A program made the position numbers and the translations under genes. A stretch of DNA of 64,000 nt from positions 37,469 to 101,468 of IMG/VR virus record IMGVR_UViG_3300050013_000165, one strand, 5' to 3'. Position 1 is the stretch's first letter. Every line of letters starts with the position of its first letter. Of this stretch, positions 49,048 to 58,593 are shown one piece after another. A model generated the notes under the pieces. That model was not told the origin of the DNA, ran no database searches, and saw only the letters and a program-made list of their open reading frames with translations. The DNA is from a virus.

Positions 49048-49090
49048 GCCAATTTCAATCAAATTCAATTCAACTGAGGAAAGGAACGAA

Positions 49091-50617
49091 ATGCCAAAGT
49101 TCTCGCAGCATCCAAAGCCTGCGGTGCACCACCCGATTCAAACGTCGGGTGAAGACGTTATTAACTGGGAGGGAGCGAGCGCCTATGGCCTCGATCCCAA
49201 GTCCGATCTGTTCTTGCTCGCTTGCACAAACATGGTCGGAGAAGAGACTTTCTATGAGAGCGCTTCTGATCGAGACAACCGGTTCGAAAAACTCATTCAC
49301 CGAAACGTGCACGAAGACCCCGAGTGGGTTGCACGGTTCGCCCCATTTCTCCGCGGCCCAATGGGCATGCGCTCCGCTTCGGCGGTTCTTGCGTGTGAGT
49401 ACATCAAGGCCGGTGGTCCTGAGGGCCGTAAAGTCGTTGACTCAGTCTGCCAGCGTGCAGACGAGCCCGCCGAGATCATCGGGTACTGGCATTCCCGCCA
49501 CGGTCGCAAGTTGCCACAGCCGATCAAGCGTGGCGTTGCTGACGCTGCCAAGCGTCTGTACAACGAGCGCAACGTTCTTCGGTACGACGGCGAGCGTCGA
49601 GGAATTCGCTTCGCTGACGTAATCGAGCTGACTCACCCCAAGCCGCGAGAGGATTGGCAGGCTCGCCTATTCAAGTACCTGCTCGACAATCGTCACCACG
49701 ACGATGCGAACATTGAAGGCCTTGGCCTCATTGCCGGTGACCGGCTTTGGCTCGACATGCCAGAAGACATGCGTCGAGTCAACCTTCGAGAGAACGGAAT
49801 TCCTGATGGTTGGTCGTGGGAGCGTCTTGCCGGTTGGCTCCCCGGCGGCATGGATGCTGAAGGGTGGGAGGCTGTTATCCCGAACATGGGTGTAATGGCG
49901 CTCATCCGAAACCTTCGGAACTTTGATCAGAAGAACATCTCGGATGCGGCTATCGACAAGGTGATTGCGAAGATCACCGACAAGACCGAGGTCGAGAAGT
50001 CTCGTATTTGGCCGCATCAAGTGTGGGCGGCTTATCGCGAGGCTCCATCAGACAACTGGAAGCGAGCGCTTGGGACAACCCTGACGCTGGCAACACAGAA
50101 CACGCCGGAGCTTCCTGGTTCGACGTTGATCCTGATCGACATGTCAGGCTCAATGCAACAGGGCATCTCCAATCGTGGAACCGTTCAGCGAATCGAGATC
50201 GCTGCTGTAATGGCGACTGCAATGGCAAAGAAGAACAACGCCGACATTGTTGTCTTCGGTCAGAGTCATGCTCGATTTGATTTGCCATCGGGCGCATCAA
50301 CGCTCAATTGGGTGCAGGAGATTGTTCGCAACATTGGTTGTGTCGGTCATTCCACGTATCTTCACTCGGCGATTCGTGCAACATGGCATCCGCATTACAG
50401 CCGGGTTGTCGTGTTCACCGATGACCAGGCTCAGGATGCTCGTCAGGTGCCGCTCAACGATGTTTCGCCGATCTACACCTTCGACCTTGCCGGTTACGGC
50501 CGAGCATCGTTGACAGCGGGTGAGCGGGGACGGTTCCGTTTCGGCGGATTCTCCGACAAGCTCCTGACGGCCATTCCAGTGCTCGAATCGGGCAATGACG
50601 GAACCTGGCCGTTCTAA
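49091..50617 (+). CDS. rsr: Ro60/Rsr orthologue (TROVE + vWA domain)
   Basis: TFYES, RADE, DVIELTHPKP, MALIRNLRN, vWA MIDAS DMSGSM and VFTDDQ, GFSD; RBS GAGGAAAGGA before ATG 49091. Confidence 0.92.
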   Translation: MPKFSQHPKPAVHHPIQTSGEDVINWEGASAYGLDPKSDLFLLACTNMVGEETFYESASDRDNRFEKLIHRNVHEDPEWVARFAPFLRGPMGMRSASAVLACEYIKAGGPEGRKVVDSVCQRADEPAEIIGYWHSRHGRKLPQPIKRGVADAAKRLYNERNVLRYDGERRGIRFADVIELTHPKPREDWQARLFKYLLDNRHHDDANIEGLGLIAGDRLWLDMPEDMRRVNLRENGIPDGWSWERLAGWLPGGMDAEGWEAVIPNMGVMALIRNLRNFDQKNISDAAIDKVIAKITDKTEVEKSRIWPHQVWAAYREAPSDNWKRALGTTLTLATQNTPELPGSTLILIDMSGSMQQGISNRGTVQRIEIAAVMATAMAKKNNADIVVFGQSHARFDLPSGASTLNWVQEIVRNIGCVGHSTYLHSAIRATWHPHYSRVVVFTDDQAQDARQVPLNDVSPIYTFDLAGYGRASLTAGERGRFRFGGFSDKLLTAIPVLESGNDGTWPF

Positions 50618-50643
50618 GGTCTTCGACGGAGCGACGTTCGACT

Positions 50644-51195
50644 ATGAACTCGATAAAGGAATCAATCCTGAACTGTCGCAATTGTGCATTACACAAAGTC
50701 GGCAGTGGTCCAATTCCATACACGGGACGCCCGTGTGACGTAATGATTCTCGGGGAAGCTCCTGGGATTGAAGAAGACGAACGAGGCAAGCCGTTTATTG
50801 GGCTCGCTGGGAAACTTCTTTGGGAAGAACTTCGCAGTGTTGGCATCGAGCGACGAGATTGCTTTGTAGCAAATGCTGTCTCGTGCTGGCCGGATCGAAC
50901 TCCGACCGATGCAGAAATGTATGCGTGTCGTGGCAACCTCTACCGACAGATCAAGCGCTGCAACCCGTTCATCATCTTGGCCTTGGGGAACATTCCGAAC
51001 AGCTCTCTCGGCAAGAAAGAGGGTATTGGCGAGATTAGGGGCGAGTGGTACGTTCTTCCCTGGTTTAAGTCAAACACGGACGAAGACATTTGGGTGTTCC
51101 CAACATGGCACCCCGCTTACCTCCTTCGCCGTCGTCTTGCATTGCCTGAATGGAGAAACGATTTGCGTGAGTTTGCGAGAGCGCTGAATGCCTAG
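50644..51195 (+). CDS. Uracil-DNA glycosylase family 4
   Basis: CRNCAL, GEAPG..ED..G.PFIG.AG.LL, TWHPAYLLR. Confidence 0.9.
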   Translation: MNSIKESILNCRNCALHKVGSGPIPYTGRPCDVMILGEAPGIEEDERGKPFIGLAGKLLWEELRSVGIERRDCFVANAVSCWPDRTPTDAEMYACRGNLYRQIKRCNPFIILALGNIPNSSLGKKEGIGEIRGEWYVLPWFKSNTDEDIWVFPTWHPAYLLRRRLALPEWRNDLREFARALNA

Positions 51196-51529
51196 ACGCG
51201 AGCGCTGGGATAGCGAACCACATTTCATGTATTACCAAGGGCAGACAATCGAGGTCTTTACTCGTGCGGCTCTTGCAAAAGCGCTCAATCGCTCTGTTGT
51301 AACTATTCGAAAAATGGAGACGGATGGAGTACTGTGCCATCCCCGATTGAAGAAGCTTACGAATAACAACAAGGTTTGTCTTTGGCTTTACACGAGAGAT
51401 CAGATTCGTGATCTTGTAGAGCTTGCACGACGTGAGGGAGTTTTGGAACTCCAAAACGGGAAGCGATATCCAGATCGTTTCTGTAAGGAAGCACAAGCAA
51501 TACTTCGGCGAAGGCCGAAGCTCATTTGA
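51188..51529 (+). CDS. MerR-like HTH DNA-binding protein
   Basis: FT..ALAKALNRSVVTIRKME..G..LYTRDQI. Confidence 0.7.
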   Translation: MPRRERWDSEPHFMYYQGQTIEVFTRAALAKALNRSVVTIRKMETDGVLCHPRLKKLTNNNKVCLWLYTRDQIRDLVELARREGVLELQNGKRYPDRFCKEAQAILRRRPKLI

Positions 51530-51547
51530 AAAAGGAGAATCCCTGCC

Positions 51548-52627
51548 ATGCCTGAAGTTCGTCGCCGTACCCGCACATCCTCAACACGATCTACCGGTCG
51601 TGTCACTCGTCCTCGTGATCGAGATGTCGATCCTGAAGACGACGATGACGATGTCGATGCAACTGATGAACCGGCTCGTCGCCCAGCATCTCGAACAACC
51701 TCGCGTCCAAAGACGCGTCGTGAGGAGCCAGAAGACGACGAAGAACCAGACGATGACGACGACGCCGATGAGGGCGACGACGATGACGAGGAGCCTGAAG
51801 AGAAGCCTCGTGCTCGTACATCAAGTCGCTCGGGTTCGAAGTCTCGAACGACTGCACGCCGACCAAAGCCAGAACCTGAAGACGACGATGACGACGCTGA
51901 CGCTGACGACGATGAGCCAGCGTCACGCCGAACGTCTCGTTCGTCATCTTCTCGTTCGTCTTCGAGCAAAGAGAAGGTTGCGAGCGGTGTTCGTAGCGGG
52001 TGGGAAGGTGCCGAGGCTGTTCGAAAGCAGGGCGGCAGCGGTCCTAATCGGTTGAGCATTACCGGTGAGCCCGAGTTGATCAAGTTCTTGGAGGCAGCGC
52101 CTTTTGCGAACTTCAAGCAACACTGGGTTCCGCAAGGAAAGCGGCAGCCAGATCGTCCTTACACTTGTCCAGGTACGGGTTGCCCTCTCTGCAAGATCGG
52201 TGATGTTGGAAGCAAGGCGTTCTGTTTCAACGTCTTGCACCTTTCAACCGGCGGTGATCCTGAGCCCAAGATGCTCCAAGTTGCCGTGAAGGCATTTGAG
52301 GCGTTGAAGGAAGCAGCGACGCCGCGAGACGCAGACCGTCCGAAGATTCGAGTCGGTTATTGGGCCGTCACTCGTTCCGGTAAGGGACAGCGTTCACAGA
52401 CGAACTTTCGTCCGGTGAAGGAACGAGACCTCGAAGAGGATTGGTCAGAAATCTTCGAGCACTTCAACTTCGACGAGTTGCCGGACATCATCGAAGAAGC
52501 CAAGACGCAGCTTCTGAAGCCCGACTTCGTTCGGCCATCGACAATCGCACAACTTCAAAAGGTTGCACGATTGTTGTCCGAAGAGGGCGGCGACGATGAT
52601 GACGACGACGCGGATGACGACGATTGA
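51548..52627 (+). CDS. Single-stranded DNA-binding protein (gp32-like) with charged disordered N-terminus
   Basis: LIKFLE, QHWV, CxxxxCPLC, acidic C-tail. Confidence 0.7.
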   Translation: MPEVRRRTRTSSTRSTGRVTRPRDRDVDPEDDDDDVDATDEPARRPASRTTSRPKTRREEPEDDEEPDDDDDADEGDDDDEEPEEKPRARTSSRSGSKSRTTARRPKPEPEDDDDDADADDDEPASRRTSRSSSSRSSSSKEKVASGVRSGWEGAEAVRKQGGSGPNRLSITGEPELIKFLEAAPFANFKQHWVPQGKRQPDRPYTCPGTGCPLCKIGDVGSKAFCFNVLHLSTGGDPEPKMLQVAVKAFEALKEAATPRDADRPKIRVGYWAVTRSGKGQRSQTNFRPVKERDLEEDWSEIFEHFNFDELPDIIEEAKTQLLKPDFVRPSTIAQLQKVARLLSEEGGDDDDDDADDDD

Positions 52628-53238
52628 TCGTTCGTGCCGAGTACTGGAAGTCCAACGCTGAGGTAATAGTGGCGGCAAATCAGCTCGGTTACATTACGGA
52701 CGACGATTTTGTCCTTGATGCAACTTTTGGGATCGGCGTTTGGTGGAAGGTTTACCGACCACCAGCGCTGATCACCAATTCTCTTCTCGAAACCATCGAG
52801 AGCGACTTTCATTACGACTTCAGGAAGTTCCCCGATCATTGGAAAGACCTGTTCAACGTCGTAGCGTATGACCCTCCATATAAGTTGAACGGGAAGCCAT
52901 CAGAGGCTGACATTAGATATGGAGTGGATGTGCGGGCAACATGGGAAGAGCGGTACGAGCTAATCGAACAGGGCATCGTTGGGTGCTCCGAAATCGTTGC
53001 TCCCGACGGTCGGTTGTTCCTCAAATGCATGGATCAGGTTTGTCTATTTGAAGTTCGGTGGCAGACCAAAGACTTCGCTAATTTCGCTGAAAAGCACGGA
53101 TTTGTTCTCGAAGACCGACTCGACAGGTTACGCAAGCCTCGTGTACAACCTGTCAAGAACAAAGACGGCTCTAAGCGCACGCAGCGACACGCTCAGGCCA
53201 ATTCAAGCTCACTTCTCATCTTGAAGAAGGTCGCATGA
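52624..53238 (+). CDS. DNA amino-methyltransferase (m6A/m4C)
   Basis: LDATFGIG (motif I-like) and DPPY. Confidence 0.7.
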   Translation: MIVRAEYWKSNAEVIVAANQLGYITDDDFVLDATFGIGVWWKVYRPPALITNSLLETIESDFHYDFRKFPDHWKDLFNVVAYDPPYKLNGKPSEADIRYGVDVRATWEERYELIEQGIVGCSEIVAPDGRLFLKCMDQVCLFEVRWQTKDFANFAEKHGFVLEDRLDRLRKPRVQPVKNKDGSKRTQRHAQANSSSLLILKKVA

Positions 53239-55256
53239 CTCTCGGGATCACCACCATCGCCGAACTCAAAGAGATGGTCGATGACTACATGAAGTTCAAC
53301 GAGTTCGTCATCGATGTTGAGACAAAGGGTGAGACAGAGGCTATGCAACTCGACCCGACTCGTAACGAGGTCTTCTGGATTTCGTTCGCAACATTCGGTC
53401 GAGCAGATGTCGTTGCTTGTGGGCATCCATTGGGGGAACGGATTGCCTTCCCTCCGGTCGATGACGAACATCGATTCAAGAAGAACGGTAAAGACTTCGA
53501 GGAGCGCAGAGTCAACCCCGAAACGGGAAAGATGAAATGGTTCCCGTACCCGCAAGAATTCACACCACCTCCGCAACAACTTTGGCTTGTTGAGGTAATC
53601 GACATCATTAAACCGTTGCTCTTCAGTGACCGGCGCAAGATCGGTCACAACGTGAAGTTCGATATGGAATCGCTTGCCAAATACTTCGGAGCTATGCCTC
53701 CTGGCCCGTTTGGCGACACGATGGTTGCAGCCAAGCTCGTCGATGAAAACCAAATGGGCTATGGGCTCAAAGACATGGTCAAGCGCGAGTTCAATTTTGA
53801 ATACGACAAGATTGGGAAGTTCGTTGCTAAGGCTCCATATTCAGAGGCCTATCAGTATTCGTTTTACGACTCGAAGTACTGCTGGCTTTTGTGGAGACGT
53901 CTTGGTCCACGTCTTGTCAAAGAGAACTTGTGGGAACTCTTCGAGCTAGAAATGGATTTGGTTCCCGGCATTGTGGACATGGAATTGACGGGGATTGCTA
54001 TTGATCAAAAAGCACTTTCGTCATTAGACAACGAATTCCATTTCGATCTTGCCAAACTGCAACTCGAACTCAGTGAAGCTGCGGGCTTTGAGATCAACAT
54101 GAACGCCGGTCGCCAAAAGGCGGAACTGATTTACGACATTCTCGAAATCCCATGCCCTAAATGTGGCAAGCGAGTTTCGAAGACTCCCGATTTGGATTTG
54201 CATCCGAGCGGCGACGGTCCCGACAATTGCAACATCTATACCAAGAGTGGCGAACGCACGACGGCAGCGAACACGCTCGAAGAGATGGACGATCCGCTAA
54301 TCGAAAAGATGCTCGATTACGCAAAGCTCGCAAAGCTCACACAGGCGTTCACGACAGGGATCACCGAAAAGCTGAACGAGGGAAGGATTCACGCCGACTT
54401 CGATCAGTCCGGCGCTCGCTCCGGCCGGTTCTCGTGTCGTAACCCCAACTTGCAGCAAATTCCATCTCGCTCCGAGCGAGGCAAGCGTGTGCGAGAACTG
54501 TTTGTGGCGAGCCCCGGCAACGTTCTAATCGTGTCAGACCTTTCGCAAATCGAACTGCGAATGCTGGCGCACTACACCCAAGACAAAGGGTTGCTCTCGT
54601 GTTATCACCAGAACCTGGATTTGCACGCTCAGACGGCGGCAATCGCCTATGGCGAGAAGTTCACGCCAATCGACCGCACCTACGCCAAGAACGTGAATTT
54701 CTCCATCGTCTACGGCGCTGGGGCTCGAACGATTACACGCAAATATCATCTACCTAATCAGCGGGTCGCCGAGAAGCTTTTGGCGGCGTTCTATGACGCC
54801 TACCCACGAGTCCAGCCGTGGAAGGAAGAGATTTGGGACGAGGCCTGTCGGCGCTTTCGTAAAGGAAGGGTCCCGCCATACGTCACGACGATCCTGGGGC
54901 GCAAGAGACGGCTTCCTGCGCTCCTGTGGGGCGGTACGAAGGAGAAGAACCGCCTGCGCTCGGCAGCGGAGCGTCAGGCCATTTCCGTGACCATTTCGGG
55001 CTCGGCGGCAGACCTGTTCAAAACCATTGTGATCGACGCCAACAACGTATTTGAAGATTTCGGCTGGGGGCATTGTCTAATGCTCGTGCACGATGAGATT
55101 GTGGCCGAGGTCCCTGAGAAGTACGCTGAAGATGGCCTCATTGTGATCAAAGAGGTCATGGAGAACGTAAGGAACCCGTTCACCGATGAGAAGTTCTTGT
55201 CGGTGCCAATCGTCGCAGATACGCACCTCGTGACACGATGGAGTGATGCCAAATGA
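53235..55256 (+). CDS. polA: DNA polymerase family A with 3'-5' exonuclease
   Basis: DVET, GHNVKFD, SGRFS..PNLQQIP, DLSQIELR, KNVNFSIVYG, VHDEI. Confidence 0.95.
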   Translation: MTLGITTIAELKEMVDDYMKFNEFVIDVETKGETEAMQLDPTRNEVFWISFATFGRADVVACGHPLGERIAFPPVDDEHRFKKNGKDFEERRVNPETGKMKWFPYPQEFTPPPQQLWLVEVIDIIKPLLFSDRRKIGHNVKFDMESLAKYFGAMPPGPFGDTMVAAKLVDENQMGYGLKDMVKREFNFEYDKIGKFVAKAPYSEAYQYSFYDSKYCWLLWRRLGPRLVKENLWELFELEMDLVPGIVDMELTGIAIDQKALSSLDNEFHFDLAKLQLELSEAAGFEINMNAGRQKAELIYDILEIPCPKCGKRVSKTPDLDLHPSGDGPDNCNIYTKSGERTTAANTLEEMDDPLIEKMLDYAKLAKLTQAFTTGITEKLNEGRIHADFDQSGARSGRFSCRNPNLQQIPSRSERGKRVRELFVASPGNVLIVSDLSQIELRMLAHYTQDKGLLSCYHQNLDLHAQTAAIAYGEKFTPIDRTYAKNVNFSIVYGAGARTITRKYHLPNQRVAEKLLAAFYDAYPRVQPWKEEIWDEACRRFRKGRVPPYVTTILGRKRRLPALLWGGTKEKNRLRSAAERQAISVTISGSAADLFKTIVIDANNVFEDFGWGHCLMLVHDEIVAEVPEKYAEDGLIVIKEVMENVRNPFTDEKFLSVPIVADTHLVTRWSDAK

Positions 55257-55825
55257 GTTGGTGGGACAAGGTCGGCGGTGATCGCCCAAACGAAGCTCCA
55301 CGGCGGGCTCCATTCGACCCGAGCATTATGCCTCGGGGAATGGGTCAAGACCACGGACGAGCAATCGATCATTACATGGGTCGCGAGCAACCCCAAGACC
55401 CGTATGAGGATCAGCGTTACCAACAGCAGCGGCAGCAAATGCCGACAGATGGGTCGCTCCCCCCGCTACCAGGCCCGCCTACCATCTTCGACAGGCGGGC
55501 GATGGTGCAAAGCGACATACGGAAGACCGAGGCTCCCGACGTAGGCGTGTGCCCCTCGTGCGGGTCTCCGCGATGGATGGTTCCGTTGAATCAGACCGTG
55601 CAAGGCGAAAAAGGTCAAGGAAGGCCTCGGGCCTATTGTTCCGATTGCGGACATACCGAAAACCGAGTTGACCAAGGCTCTCTCATCTTTGATGGGACGC
55701 AAGGTGCAATCGTCGGTTCCACGATGGGAGCAAAGCTCATCGGAAGACCTCACGACACGCGACAAGGTGACATGTTGCCATCGAACTTCGCTGAGTTCGA
55801 GTCTCAGCACACGCGGCAACAGTGA
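55253..55825 (+). CDS. Zn-ribbon hypothetical protein
   Basis: CPSCGS...CSDCG. Confidence 0.6.
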   Translation: MSWWDKVGGDRPNEAPRRAPFDPSIMPRGMGQDHGRAIDHYMGREQPQDPYEDQRYQQQRQQMPTDGSLPPLPGPPTIFDRRAMVQSDIRKTEAPDVGVCPSCGSPRWMVPLNQTVQGEKGQGRPRAYCSDCGHTENRVDQGSLIFDGTQGAIVGSTMGAKLIGRPHDTRQGDMLPSNFAEFESQHTRQQ

Positions 55826-56919
55826 GCGTTAATGCCTCTGTGCGCGCCGTCATTACACGGCACAACAAAAAGCAGGGAGCCGGGACAGTAGTTATTGGGT
55901 CAGACATCATCGGGGCAGAGCATCCAACGATTACCTCTGGCTCACTCAGTATCGACGTCGCTCTCGGTGGTGGTTGGGCCGTCAATCACTTCATCGAAGT
56001 AATCGGGCACAAGTCCGCAGGCAAGACAGCCATCATCCTGAAGACAATCGCCGCCAATCAAAAACGTGATCCAAACTGGACCGTCGTTTGGTTGGCATCT
56101 GAAGACTTTGTCGAGACCTATGCGCTCATGCTCGGTGTCGATATGGCTCGGGTCATCATCGTGAACGACTGCATCATGGAGAGCGTTTTCGAAACGGCAA
56201 TCGAGTTTGCCGAGACCAACGAGATTGACTGCATTGTGATCGATTCTCTTCCGGCGCTCGTACCCGAGAAAGAGTTCGAAGACATGATGGGGGACTTCCA
56301 AGTGGGGCTCGCTCCACGTCTCACGAACAAGTGGTTACGCAAGATGAACCCGTTTGTGAAGCGCTCACTGATCGAGCAGGGACGTCCGCTGACCGTTTTC
56401 ATGCTCAACCAATGGCGAAATAAAATTGGTGGTTACGGCGATCCTCGAACGGCTCCCGGCGGCATGGGGAAGGACTTCTATGCCTTCCAACAGGTCGAGG
56501 TCATCAACGATGAAGACATCAAGAACACCAAGAACATGCCCATTGGTCAGGTACTTCGTATTAGGAACATCAAGAACAAGTTTGCTCCCCGAGGGCGCAC
56601 CGGCTACGTGGATTACTACTTCGACCGGGGTAATGGGTTCAGCCCAGGTTCCTACGATTTGGTCAAGGACATGATTTCAGCCGCTCTGGCGTATGACGTT
56701 ATTGCGCGAGAGGGACAAAGGAATTATGTTTTTGGCGACTACAACTGGTCAGGAAGGCCAGCCGTCGAGAAGGCCATTAGAGGGGACCGAGACGTAAGGG
56801 CTCGGCTTCGCAAAGCCATCTTGGCTGTTGCTTCTAAGCCAGCTACAGAGCAACCGAAATCGAGGGTCCGTGGACGAACGGCAGCGAGTGTCGAGGAAAC
56901 AGGAGACGCAAGTCAGTAA
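55822..56919 (+). CDS. recA: RecA-like recombinase
   Basis: SGSLSIDVALGGG, GHKSAGKT, IVIDSLPAL, LNQWR, PGG, KNKFAP. Confidence 0.92.
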   Translation: MSVNASVRAVITRHNKKQGAGTVVIGSDIIGAEHPTITSGSLSIDVALGGGWAVNHFIEVIGHKSAGKTAIILKTIAANQKRDPNWTVVWLASEDFVETYALMLGVDMARVIIVNDCIMESVFETAIEFAETNEIDCIVIDSLPALVPEKEFEDMMGDFQVGLAPRLTNKWLRKMNPFVKRSLIEQGRPLTVFMLNQWRNKIGGYGDPRTAPGGMGKDFYAFQQVEVINDEDIKNTKNMPIGQVLRIRNIKNKFAPRGRTGYVDYYFDRGNGFSPGSYDLVKDMISAALAYDVIAREGQRNYVFGDYNWSGRPAVEKAIRGDRDVRARLRKAILAVASKPATEQPKSRVRGRTAASVEETGDASQ

Positions 56920-57172
56920 TCGTTTCTCTGCACGCCGTCATGCCGGTTCAGGCTCGGGCCATCGTAAGCACGACATGCACACCGAAGAAACACTGATCGA
57001 GTGCAAGACGGTGCTTAGTGGTAATCGTCAAATCACAATTCACGAAGACGATCTCAAATCGTTGAAGTACAACGCAGCGATTCAAGATCGGTCGCCGATG
57101 ATGCACATCCGAATTGCAAAAGAGAACTGGGTCCTCATTCCTGAAACTCGTTTCTACGAGTTGACTGAATAA
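56870..57172 (+). CDS. PD-(D/E)XK nuclease, possible Holliday junction resolvase
   Basis: AGSGS...D.....LIECK. Confidence 0.6.
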   Translation: MDERQRVSRKQETQVSNRFSARRHAGSGSGHRKHDMHTEETLIECKTVLSGNRQITIHEDDLKSLKYNAAIQDRSPMMHIRIAKENWVLIPETRFYELTE

Positions 57173-57240
57173 ATCGTAAAACACAGTGGTAGACGGCGGT
57201 GAGTCGTCTAGCAAATTAGAAGCCAACTGATGGAGGAGTT

Positions 57241-57624
57241 GTGGCTACCGCTGTGCGAAGTATTCCCTCGCTTGGGCCGTCTTGGAAAGGCGACTCCCGA
57301 GTTCGATGTTTCGGCATCGTAGATTTCATGTATCCAACGCAACCAAGTTCCGAGGTGTCGTTAGCAAAAGAGGTTTGCAACGGGATCGCCGGAGTGACTG
57401 CACCGTGCTATTACAGAAACGAATGTCTTGCATATGCGCTTGATCACAAAGAGAATTTTGGAGTTTGGGGCGGGACGTCGGAACGTGAGCGTCGCCGGAT
57501 GCTGCGGGCAAGAACCCGCTTCAACAATCCTCACATCTACAGTCTCGAAGACATCAAGTTTCCGAACATCGTTTTCATCAAGCCTCAGGCAGTCAACTTC
57601 ATCAAGCGTCGAACTGCTGCGTAA
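57241..57624 (+). CDS. whiB: WhiB-family transcription factor
   Basis: Four Cys; AKEVC..C..R.ECLAYAL..E.FGVWGGTSERERR. Confidence 0.88.
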   Translation: MATAVRSIPSLGPSWKGDSRVRCFGIVDFMYPTQPSSEVSLAKEVCNGIAGVTAPCYYRNECLAYALDHKENFGVWGGTSERERRRMLRARTRFNNPHIYSLEDIKFPNIVFIKPQAVNFIKRRTAA

Positions 57625-58529
57625 TGCCTGACGGGCTCGCGAAGCTCGTTGGTGCCACCTTTCGGGATAACGACAAGCTCATCACGCACGTAGCTCGTCA
57701 CCTAATGCTTCGATCCGATGTCTCGGGTCGTCGTTCTGACGTAATTCACCCTTCTGAGGTGGCAAAAGCTGATTGGTGTCCTCGCTCGACGTATTACCGC
57801 ATGGTCGGAGCTGAGGCTGAAGTGATTCCGCCGGGGCTGGCAATGGAGATTGTCTTCGAAACCGGTAACGAGGCCCACACGAAGTACCAAACATGGCTTT
57901 GGGAGATGGGCATTATGCGAGGCATTTGGCATTGCCTCTTTTGTGATCTTCACTGGGAAGACGTGAGCCCCCACAGTTGCCCTCGGTGCGAGCACGGGCG
58001 AGACCTTCTTGAATATGCCGAAGTTCCTGTCACAAAGCCCGAGTATTTGCTCGACGGTTCAATGGACGGCGATGTTTTGTTGAACGACGAATGGATGCCT
58101 ATCGAGTGCAAGACAATCGGGATGGGAACCCTTCGTTATGAGGCACCCGAGTTAATCAAGAAGTACTCCTACGAACACATTGACACGAACGACAAGACAC
58201 GAAGCGGTCTCGATTGGAACGCTCTGTGGAACGGAATTCGACGACCATTTCCAAGCCACCTTCGACAGGGCATGATTTATCTCTTTTGTGCCGGTCGCAA
58301 AAAGATGCGTTACATCTATGAGTGCAAATACCTCACTGTGACGCCAAAGGAATATGTCATTGCACTCGATATGGAACTAATCGAGGAACGCCTCGAATCG
58401 TGTTTGCAAGTAAAGAAATCGCTCGAATTGGGGCGGCCTCCGAAGCGTCCAGTGTGGGCAGAACCCCAGGTCAATACATGCAAAAGATGTGCGTATTTCC
58501 GTACTTGTTGGAATGGAAGAGATTCTTGA
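57624..58529 (+). CDS. Cas4-like PD-(D/E)XK exonuclease
   Basis: HPSE..WCPR, GSMDG, IECKT, Q..IY, C-terminal CxxC...C. Confidence 0.8.
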   Translation: MPDGLAKLVGATFRDNDKLITHVARHLMLRSDVSGRRSDVIHPSEVAKADWCPRSTYYRMVGAEAEVIPPGLAMEIVFETGNEAHTKYQTWLWEMGIMRGIWHCLFCDLHWEDVSPHSCPRCEHGRDLLEYAEVPVTKPEYLLDGSMDGDVLLNDEWMPIECKTIGMGTLRYEAPELIKKYSYEHIDTNDKTRSGLDWNALWNGIRRPFPSHLRQGMIYLFCAGRKKMRYIYECKYLTVTPKEYVIALDMELIEERLESCLQVKKSLELGRPPKRPVWAEPQVNTCKRCAYFRTCWNGRDS

Positions 58530-58555
58530 CAGCTTGATGTAACGGCCGCTATCGT
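58526..58555 (+). promoter_or_regulatory. Sigma70-like promoter
   Basis: TTGACA-18-TATCGT. Confidence 0.55.
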
Positions 58556-58593
58556 CTCCTGACACGCTATTTGACTTTAGTTTTGGAGAGTGA

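Noticed and set aside
48929-49090. N-terminal extension of the TROVE ORF in the ORF track
   Set aside because: It overlaps Y RNA unit 5; a strong SD precedes ATG 49091
43737-56919. Inteins or introns in DnaB, PolA, RecA or the SNF2 helicase
   Set aside because: Lengths are normal, the ORFs are continuous, and no intein splice motifs were seen
57624-58529. Cas4 as evidence of a CRISPR-Cas system
   Set aside because: Solo Cas4-like nucleases are common in phage recombination modules; no other cas genes or array
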